From the human T2T-CHM13v2.0 reference genome, Homo sapiens: DNA of 64,000 nt. Within the stretch, counting starts at the first letter, position 1; every line of letters begins with the position of its first letter. Of the stretch, positions 53,783 through 64,000 are shown piece by piece. The notes beneath the pieces are model-generated. The model saw only the letters and a list, made by a program, of their open reading frames with translations. It was not told the origin of the DNA and made no database searches. The stretch is taken from the NCBI RefSeq assembly GCF_009914755.1, contig NC_060929.1, one strand, 5' to 3'. A program made the position numbers and the translations under genes.

Positions 53783-54237
53783 ACAGGCTCTTTGCTGATA
53801 AGGAGGAAGTAAGAAGATGGATTTCAAAAACATCCACATTATCATAAAGCTTATAGCCCAATGACAGAACTAAGTTAAATGCAGAAATGGCTATAACATG
53901 AAGAGTTTAAGCAGTTCCATAGTAAGATTTAGAGTGCAAAAAGGGATAGCTCTAGAGTCATGTCTTAGGGTCAAGGTATTCAAAGAGTGGGCTTATGTGA
54001 CAGACGGTAAGTATTTATTTTGAGTCTTTGAGGACAGAAATGAAGACCGTGCACCTGAAGATGGTTTGTCTGTAAACAGAAAACTTTGGAGCCAAGGAGA
54101 CCAATTAGAAAATACAACAATACTTTAGAACAAAAGTACTAGAGGCTTAAAATATGCTTATGGTAGTAATCCAAGATGGAGAGACTGATGTTAAAGAGAC
54201 TGGGAAGGGGGTTACTAAATTTTGTTTGTTTGGTTAG

Positions 54238-54653
54238 TGTGCTAATCTGTTTTGTGTCGCTATAAAGAAATACCTGGGGCTGGGTAATTTATATGGAAAA
54301 GAGGTTTATTTTGGCTGATGGTTCTGCAGACTGTACAAGAAGCATGGCACCAAAATCAGCTTCTGGTGAAGGCTTCGGGAAGCTTACAATTACGGTGGAA
54401 GGTGAAGGGGAGCAGGTATGTCACATGGCAAGAAGGGAAGCAAGAGGGAAGGAAGGAGGTACCAGGCTCTTTAAACAACCAGCTCTTACGTGAGCTAATA
54501 CAGCAAGCACTTACTCGTTACCGTGAGGCAGGCACCAAGCCATTCATCAGGGATCTACCTCCATGACCCAAACCCCTCCCACTAGGCCCCACCTCCAAAA
54601 CTGATCACAATTCAACATGAGATTTGGAGGGGACAAACATCCAAACTGTATCA
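54238..54653 (-). mobile_element. MST-family MaLR solo LTR
   Basis: GCTATAAAGAAATACCTG..CTGGGTAATTTAT...GGAGGGGACAAACATCCAAACTGTATCA. Confidence 0.9.
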
Positions 54654-54805
54654 ATTGGTTACTTGATTAGGGCCTGATAACAGGTGGCTGTTAAATATGA
54701 CTTCAAATTTTTGAGCTTGTATGCTTGAGGAAACAATGGTATTATTAACAAAAGTATAGAAATCAATGAAAATTATAGCTTTGAGGATATATAATAACTT
54801 TTGTA

Positions 54806-55112
54806 TAAATAAAAAATCACTAAATACATGAAAGAATATTACAACACAAGTTTAGAAGAAAAGTTTCATGATGCTCTAAGAGTATGAGGAGGAGATCTGA
54901 ACTGCTCTGTTAGCACAAAGCTTCCCTGGAAACATCGCTTTTGAGCTGAGATGTGGGAGGAGTTAACTAGTGTGGGCAGGGGAAGATGAAGAAGAATATT
55001 CCATGCAGAGGAACAGTATGTTTAAAGGTCTTGCAGCCAGAAGTCTGTGGTGTCTTCAGAGAAGTGAAAGAAGATTGTAGTGTCTGGAGAACAGGAAGTG
55101 GTTGGAGAAGTT
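54806..55112 (-). repeat. Right arm of ~310 bp inverted duplication
   Basis: Reverse complement of 53115-53426. Confidence 0.97.
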
Positions 55113-55899
55113 ATGTATATAATAAGAATAATACCTTGTTTATATCCAAATAATCTCCTCCAGGAGTAGGTTTGGTGCTTTATGTATTTAGGGCTGGAGT
55201 GAGATGTCAGAATCATCTACAAAGAAAGGAATGAAATTATCAAGGGAAAAAATGTAGAAATGGAGAGAGTAGGTCTAAAAAACAGACCTTGAAGATGTGC
55301 TACTTTTAGAGGTGAGAGAGGAGCTGAAAACAGCAAAAAAGAAAGAGAATAAAGAGAGTAAAGAGAGAGTTGAGTTATCATCGAAGAGGTAGGAGGCATG
55401 CCAAAGGGGTTCACAGGAACCAAACCAGGAGATGAAAGGATAAGACTTGCTTGAAAATATGCAGTGTTTCTGAGAGATTATGCAAGGTAACAGGGGAAAA
55501 AAGACTATTGAATCTGATGGAGAGAAGTGACTGGAGGCATCTGAACGGTAGTTAGGGCTTGTGGCAGATAACGCTGACTGCCAGGCAAAATCTATACTAT
55601 TGTCTTACATTTGGGCTCACAGTTGGACTAATGTTCGCAGTTTCCCATGTAGTTAGGTGTTACCACTGAGAGCAGTCAATCAGGTAAACAGACAAAATGT
55701 GAACAAAAGTAATATATACTGTTCTCAGGTCTTGTGCATCCTAACATCCCATGCATGCTCCACCTCACATTTATTACTTTATGGTGGGTTGGAAGACAGA
55801 AAACCCCAGGAATAATTCTGGAAGTCACATCTCAAAAATGACACAGTTTCTATTAGTCTGTGTGGTAGATATCACAGGCGCTCATCAAAATATCAAGGT

Positions 55900-57280
<1,381 letters not shown>

Positions 57281-58752
57281 ACTCTTGAAGTTAGGTCTGA
57301 GAATGTGATTTTCTTTTGGCCAAAGAAATATTCATAAAAGTTACATATATCTTTTCTGAGTGAAAACATTTAAAAGTCATTGCACATTTCTCCATGATCT
57401 TTTTTGTTTTTTCTGCAGCTTTTTGTGGGCATCGTGTTGTCATAATAGGGTGGTATTTCCATTCACCTAAGTCCCTGAGTGACTGTAATAGCATAACTGT
57501 CCTGCTCCACATGCTACATATAGATTAAATAAGAAACAAGCCATTGTAGTTTTAAGCCAGTATGATTTTGGAGCTATTTGTTACCAGAGCATAATCTACT
57601 TTATTTTGACTAATATAGCCTGAGTCCCTGAATGACTGTTTGTAGAAAGTATGCCACATTGACCTATTTACCTGCTCTTTACTATTGTTGAAGCAGGAAA
57701 TAAACTTCTATTACGCTTGAACCATTATATAGTTTTGAATCAAATATTATAGCAATTAGCTAGCCTAAGTAACAAAGAGATTAGATGGTGGTAAGCATGC
57801 TGTACTTGCAAAAGTTTGAGGTAAAGGGGAAGAAATGATGTTTAAGGGAAGAGCAGTATTAATGCAAAGTATTACATAAATGGGAAAAATATGAGCATAA
57901 TTTTAGGCAGAGTAGTGGGTGTATGTTGAAAAACTGTAGATGAGAAAGAGAAAAAGATAGCTTAAGCAAAGAGTTACATACATATCTTTTACAGAGTGGA
58001 GTAGAAGAGAAGAGAGATAGCATAAGTGAGTACATAAACAGATGATGAGCTGGAAATGGCAGAAATGGAGGCAAATTCTGTCAAAGCTTTGATTTGCCCT
58101 CAGCAAAGTTAGACACATGTTTCTGTCTGCACAGCACATATTTCACCCTTTCTTCTGATGGTGATGCCTGCTTTCTCAGCCACAGGCATGGACATCTGAT
58201 CCAGACCAGGCCTCAAGTATTAAATTCCTTAAGTCCCAGTGATTTTTTTCCTGAGATAAACATATTGTCTGAGCAGAGCCATCAGCATCCTTCTCTTTGA
58301 CTTTTCTAACTACAGCATGTGGAAAACAGTCTGTTTCTCTTTTCACAAGTGATTCTGGAGTTGCTCATGGTAGTTTCTCCCAGTGAGAAAATGAAGTCAA
58401 TTAATAGGACAAACAGAAGGACAGATGAGAGGTAGAAAGGTATATGCACAGATACTCCTTTTACGAGGTTACCGTACAATGGAGGAAATTTGACTTACTT
58501 AAATCTGACCATCAGCTAATTTAAGAGTGATGGATGTCAAAACAAAGGTAAAGAATTTCAAAGAATGAAAGGATGAAGAGGTTATAGCCATTGTTCACAT
58601 ATTACAGGTTTTATGGGAAAGGATGCATTTGAGCTTTTCCTAGAGGGATGGGTAGGATGGGAATGAGATACTTTAAATAGTGGAGAATAACATGAACGAA
58701 GGCTGGAGGAAGAAAATTACAAGTAGTCAATCTGGCTATAAGAGGTTAGAGC

Positions 58753-58936
58753 AGATATTCTCAAACTCAGCTGGACTGAAGTTACATGAAGTGTTTATTA
58801 TTTTTTAAATATTACTTCCAGGCCCCCACCTGTGAGAGATTAGAGTGAAATTCTTCTGAGGGACAACCAGGACATCAGGATTTTTAAAACATCTTCAGAT
58901 AAGTCTAATGTGCAACAAAGGGGAAAACTAACCATT
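58753..58936. mobile_element. MER5-type hAT MITE
   Basis: TTCTCAAACT...CCAGGCCCCCACC...TTTTTAAAA...CTAATGTGCA. Confidence 0.6.
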
Positions 58937-59104
58937 TTAGAATATGGGAAAGAGAAAAATTTTTGAAATTATGAATTAGGATCATATGCTAGAAGGAATT
59001 ACATAGAAGACTCTTAAGATTGGGCTTTGTTTTATAAACAGAAGGAATCCTTCAATTTTTTTAACATTTATTATTATTATTATTTTTAACCAAGTGAAGG
59101 ATAA

Positions 59105-59340
59105 CATAGTGACCTAGTGGCTGGAAGTGCTAACTATGGAGTCAGACTCCCTGGGTTTCAATCCTGGCTCTGCCACTTGCTCTCTGATTGCCCTTGGGCT
59201 TTTGACTCTGCCTCAGTCTCTTTATATGTAAAGTAGTGATGCTAATATTAGCTGTCTTGGAGGGTTGTTTTGATTATTACATCAAATAATCTATTTGAAC
59301 ATTCTTAATATAATACTTGTTGTATACAAGTCACTTAATT
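59105..59340 (+). mobile_element. MIR
   Basis: GGAGTCAGACTCCCTGGGTTTCAATCCTGGCTCTGCCACTT. Confidence 0.85.
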
Positions 59341-61854
59341 GAAGTCACTTTTTCTTTTCCCTCCAGTTACTGAACTTCAGGAAGATTGGTCTGACTTTGA
59401 TGTGTAAAATGGGATGTATTTCCTTTAATTACTTGTTTATTTGACACATGTTTAATGAGTACCTACCATATGAGAGATACTATCATGAGTGCCAGAAAAA
59501 ATAGTAAAAATAAAAACAATGTCAATACAGCACTTTAACATTTTAGAATTTTTTCTACATAAATGAACTTGTTTGATCCTCACTACAACTAGCGAAGGGG
59601 AAGCAGGGACTTCTGAGATTATAGTGAGGTCAGTATTAAAAATATTATCTTGAGGGATCAATCTGGAGAGGGATGCAAGTTAAAACCAGAACCAGAGGGA
59701 TGACCTGGGATCATTGAGAGCAACTTAGACTAAAAGTCATAGTGAAGACAGGGAAGAAAGTTGTGGGAGAGAGATGTGACAGCAGTGGTCAGAGAGGAGA
59801 ATGTATCAATCTAACTGTATCTCAACAGACCATAGACTCCAAAAGGCTCTTGGCTTTCGTGGCTCAGGCTCCCTTGTAACCAAATAGCATTTCTGTAGTG
59901 ATGCTGCGATTACTTGTACTCTTCACACCTAGACTTCTGGAAGCGTTAAGTGTCAGGGGATTCTTGTTTCCCAGGGTGATGTATGGCCTGCTTCATAGTT
60001 TATTTCTTAGCCTGGTCTTTGTATAAGCACTAAGAGATTAGACGTAAATATTAATATGGTAATGGATTTTATTGGTGTTTCATAAAAACTGGAAGTCAAA
60101 GAGGAAAAATTGCAAAAAGCAGCCAAATCTATCAACTTGCTTTCATTTTAAAATCTTATATAACCTACTTTTCTCAACTGATAGTAAGGTATTCAATTTT
60201 GAAGCTCTCTAGGGAAGCTCTTATGAGTGGTGGAGAGAAGTGACTTGCTTGGAATGAACAACAATTTGTTCCCATGACTCTGTGTGTGGGAAAGCCAAAT
60301 AATACTCTGACGTCAACACTTGAGTAAATGACAAAACACTATATCCAATAATATGTTACCAATATCAATATAAATTCATTAGTTAGTGGCTCTCCTAGGT
60401 TGATACTGACCTACTGATAACAATTTGGAGTTGTTTTCAGGTTTCTGTTTGTCCAACCAATGGTTGCATAATTCAGGCTCCATTTTACCAGTTTATTGAT
60501 GAGTATACCATACTGGCATCAAAGTCTCAGTAAAGTCAAGATATATTATCTCAGGATGTGTCCTTCTGTCTGAGAAATTAGGTTAGCTTCACCAAACATA
60601 TTCTAAACATTATCCTAGACCTTGTTTTTCTTTAAGATGTCCAAAAATGGGTCCTATGAAGATCTTTGTCAGTATCTTTTCAGCCTAGACCATCATGCAA
60701 ATACAACTTACTTTATCTTTTAAATACCTGAGGCTTCATTCAACTGAGGGGACCTGGGAGTGAATTGCTAACCTAGAAAAGATGAGATTTAGCATAGCTT
60801 TTCTTGCAATTTCTTCTATTGGCTCTCAGACAAGAAAATGGGTGGAATTTCCTCAGTTCCTAAATCAAAACTTTAAAAATAAATACTGCCCTTCATCTAC
60901 AAAAATGACTCTGCTGAACCTTTATCTGTGGAGCCTGAACTCTGAGTTTGTTTTCTCAGGAGTAAATTCTCAAATTTAGGCGGTTCCTAAATTTGCTCTC
61001 ATCTAGACTACATTTTTTGCTCAGTACACTTGTGATTATCACGCATTGGTGTGAGATGATTAGCTGGTCTTTGAGGTGTCATGGGTAACTGTCATGATAC
61101 AGGTATCAGGCTGCATAGAAGACAGCCTGAGACCTAGTCTTTGCTTTCACAGCTAGATTGATGCACTGACCATCTAATGTAATCACAATAGCAATGCAAA
61201 GCTGAGTTAGGAAAGGACTGTGGGAATGTTTGTCCAATAAAGCATGTGCATCTCCGTCACTCAAGTGTCTGTAAAGGGTCAAAATTATTATACAGTATTC
61301 TAAAAATAAGCGTTTAAACCAAAATGCTTAGAATCAAGTGAATGAGACTAGCATAACATATGTGAAACAAAGAGAAACATCATACATATAGTAAAATGGC
61401 ATGCAGAGAGATTCTAATAATACTGGCCACAGTTATTCAGAAGATGTGAACTGACTGGGGGTGGTGTAATGAAGAAAGTTTCCCGAGGCAGTGAGAACTG
61501 AACTCCCAAAGAGAAAACAGAACTCATTCAAATGTAAGGGGGTAAGAAGAGCCAACATATTTTACTGTGGAAACAGTTTTGTTTTTCTTCTTATTTGCTT
61601 CCTTACCAGCATCCAACCCATTCTAGGGGAATGCACTTCACTGCACACACCCCACCAACAGGGACAGATGCAAATATTTTCCCTCACCTCAGGGGAGTGT
61701 TTGAAAACACTCTCTTGGAAAGGAAACTAATTTATTTGGTTGCTAATTATTTTGGCTCTGGTTTTAATGAGCCATCAGCTGTAAAAGATAAAGAGGATAA
61801 ACAGGCTTTTCTCTCTTTTTTTGGTAAAGTAATTAAAAGGGTATGGAAGAGTAG

Positions 61855-62025
61855 CATGTAGAAGTTAAGATCATGGATTCCGGTGCAGGCTGTGTTTGTA
61901 CCCCTGCCTATTAGGTGTGTGACCTTCAGCCAATTGCTTATCCTCTCTATGCCTAAGTCCTCATCCTTAAAATGAGAAAAAAAACTGGTACCTATCTAAA
62001 ACATTGTAATGAGAGTAAAGATTGA
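61855..62025 (+). mobile_element. MIR
   Basis: TGTGTGACCTT...CCTCTCTATGCCT..GTCCTCATC..TAAAATGAG. Confidence 0.65.
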
Positions 62026-62415
62026 AACAGTGGTTATTGTTACTGTTGTTATTATTGTTATATTATTATTGGCTTGGAACACTGGGAAGAGATGAAGAAT
62101 AGATGGTATGGACAGATGGGATACCAGGGCTTTCTAAATGATCCTAGGGAAATTGCTTAGGAAATGTGGGGTGTTTGTGTGTGTCTGTGTGCGTGTTTTA
62201 GGGAAGAATAAACTGGGATCAGGTAAACTGTTCCTTGGAGAATGTCTGCTGAGTACACTAGAGAAGGACCCCATGAAGGATTTTTGTTTTTTTGTACCCA
62301 AACAATCGGATTTATCTCCAGCATCTAACTGTGTATACATAATGAAGAACCTGCATTTGCCTGTGCCCGGTGCCCAGCCAATTGTTCCTGAAACCTCTGA
62401 GGGGGATTTTATTAT

Positions 62416-62741
62416 TGTTGTAGGACTCTCTCCTTAGTTCAGCTAAGAGCCGGTTTCTTGTTACACAGCCATGAGAGAGATTAGGCTCGCAGACACTTTG
62501 AAGGGTGAGAATAAATGGACTTTATTGGAGAAAAGGGAAAAAAAGAGAAACAAGGACCCTCTGCGAAGCTAGAGTTCTGGTAGTGCGCTTCCTGCCTCGC
62601 AGATTGAATCCCAGGTACCACGCAGGAAGAAGAGGGGCCAGGTTCCTTCCTGCTGCAAACGGTGCTAACTTCTGTGGCTCCACCCGGGTGTGCAGGCCAG
62701 TTGGGGTTTTCCCGGGGACCCCCTTACACTTGGATGTCTCA
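62416..62741 (-). mobile_element. ERV1 solo LTR (MER61/MER52-like)
   Basis: TG...CA termini, 4 bp TSD TTAT, TTTATT antisense polyA signal at 62521, CCTTAGTTCAGCTAA motif; CpGs partly retained. Confidence 0.7.
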
Positions 62742-63117
62742 TTATTATCTCTACCTCAGTGTTTTTTTTTAAAAATCAGTTGATAAACAACAAAAGCAAA
62801 ACTTGTTAATGTCATGGGAATTTTGTTTTTCTCTATGAAATTAACCTAGCGCGAACAACTATGAACGCTGCAAAACAAACAATGAAGAAACAAAAAATTC
62901 CAGAATACCTGTCTGGAAATACAGGCCCCCTAGGCATTGCGATTAGGATTAGTGTTGGAGGAATTTTTCTAAACCTGGAAGTCAAGGGTGCCTGAATCAG
63001 AAAAATTTAGACTCCTGTTACATTAGCACTCTTCAGATGGTAGAAGAACTTTTTTTGAAAAAACTACTTGTTCCGTAGAAGAAGCTTCTTAGATGAACAG
63101 TCTGGTGCAGGACTACA

Positions 63118-63272
63118 CAGTGCTGTCCTTGAAACACTGTAGGATCAGGATCACCTGGGAGTTCATAAGAAATACAGGATCTTGGGTTCCACTCCAGACC
63201 TCCTCTATCAGAGGCTTCCTTTACATGTGCTTCATGTGTACATTCAAATTTGAAAAGCTTTGCTTCAGGGGA
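63118..63272. mobile_element. MER5-type hAT MITE
   Basis: ATCACCTGGGAG..TAAGAAATACAG...CTCCAGACC...CAAATTTGAAAAGC. Confidence 0.6.
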
Positions 63273-64000
63273 CTCTAACGGGTTTCACACTTCTTGGGGT
63301 GCCTAACTCACCACGCTGGTGTGGTAAAACATCATGAGAGGCTGTGGTTGAACATTTCCCCATGTACAAGGAGAAGGATTTCCAGAAAGTAGATAGAATG
63401 GTAATGAGCATGGCAATTACAAATAAAGCCTTTGTTTTGAATTGGTAATTGAAGAAATATGCAAAAAAGTATGCAATTCTTCATTTTGAAATCTTTTAAA
63501 TCCTCAGACATCTTGAAGTAAAAATGCCTCTGGAATGTGGCATAACACTTAGATCCTTTAGAAATTTAGATCAAAGGTGAGAATCATCAAAGTGTTTGTA
63601 GGTTCAAAGTAAAAAAATATACCAGTTCTGAAATACAAGAGTTATGTTGAGACGGTTTTTTGTCTCTGTGTGTCTTTATGAGGAAGTGCTTCTTGAACCT
63701 TTTAACCCTATAGACTTGCCAGTTTGAGTGGAAGAGGTGACATTTTCCTTTAAGCTACAGGTTGCATTCTGTTCAGATCCTCAAGCATCAAGGTCAGGCT
63801 CTGTTCAGAATAACTGAATGCTAATTGACTTGCTGGGAATTAATGTGCATTATCTTGTTTACACCAGTGTTCTGTTGGCAGTTTGTAAATCATTCTCTCC
63901 GGCAGGCTCTGACATGGATTTGAAGTTTGTTTCTGTTTTATAGGAGTTGGGTTAATCTCTAGCTATGCTAGAGGGTTAGAGAAATTAGACAGAATGAGAG

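Overview
This is primate (human-like) non-coding genomic DNA, AT-rich and dominated by interspersed repeats: Alus, L1s of several ages, MaLR/ERVL/ERV1 LTRs, MIR, L2 and hAT MITEs. I can support no protein-coding gene, RNA gene or CpG island; the ORF track is explained by decayed L1/ERV frames, Alu/LTR antisense frames, simple repeats and chance. The most notable structures seen directly are: (1) a ~310 bp, ~97% identical inverted duplication of ancient L2-derived DNA (53115-53426 / 54806-55112) around a ~1.4 kb spacer; (2) an old L1 insertion (36283-39431) inside a decayed ERVL provirus, bracketed by a perfect 15 bp TSD, showing a twin-priming 5' inversion and an apparent ~450 bp 3' transduction; (3) a ~400 bp alternating purine-pyrimidine minisatellite; (4) a four-level nest of elements at 55.5-57.8 kb. 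Repeat subfamily names are from recalled consensus features, not database searches. I found no evidence for a new coding biological system.
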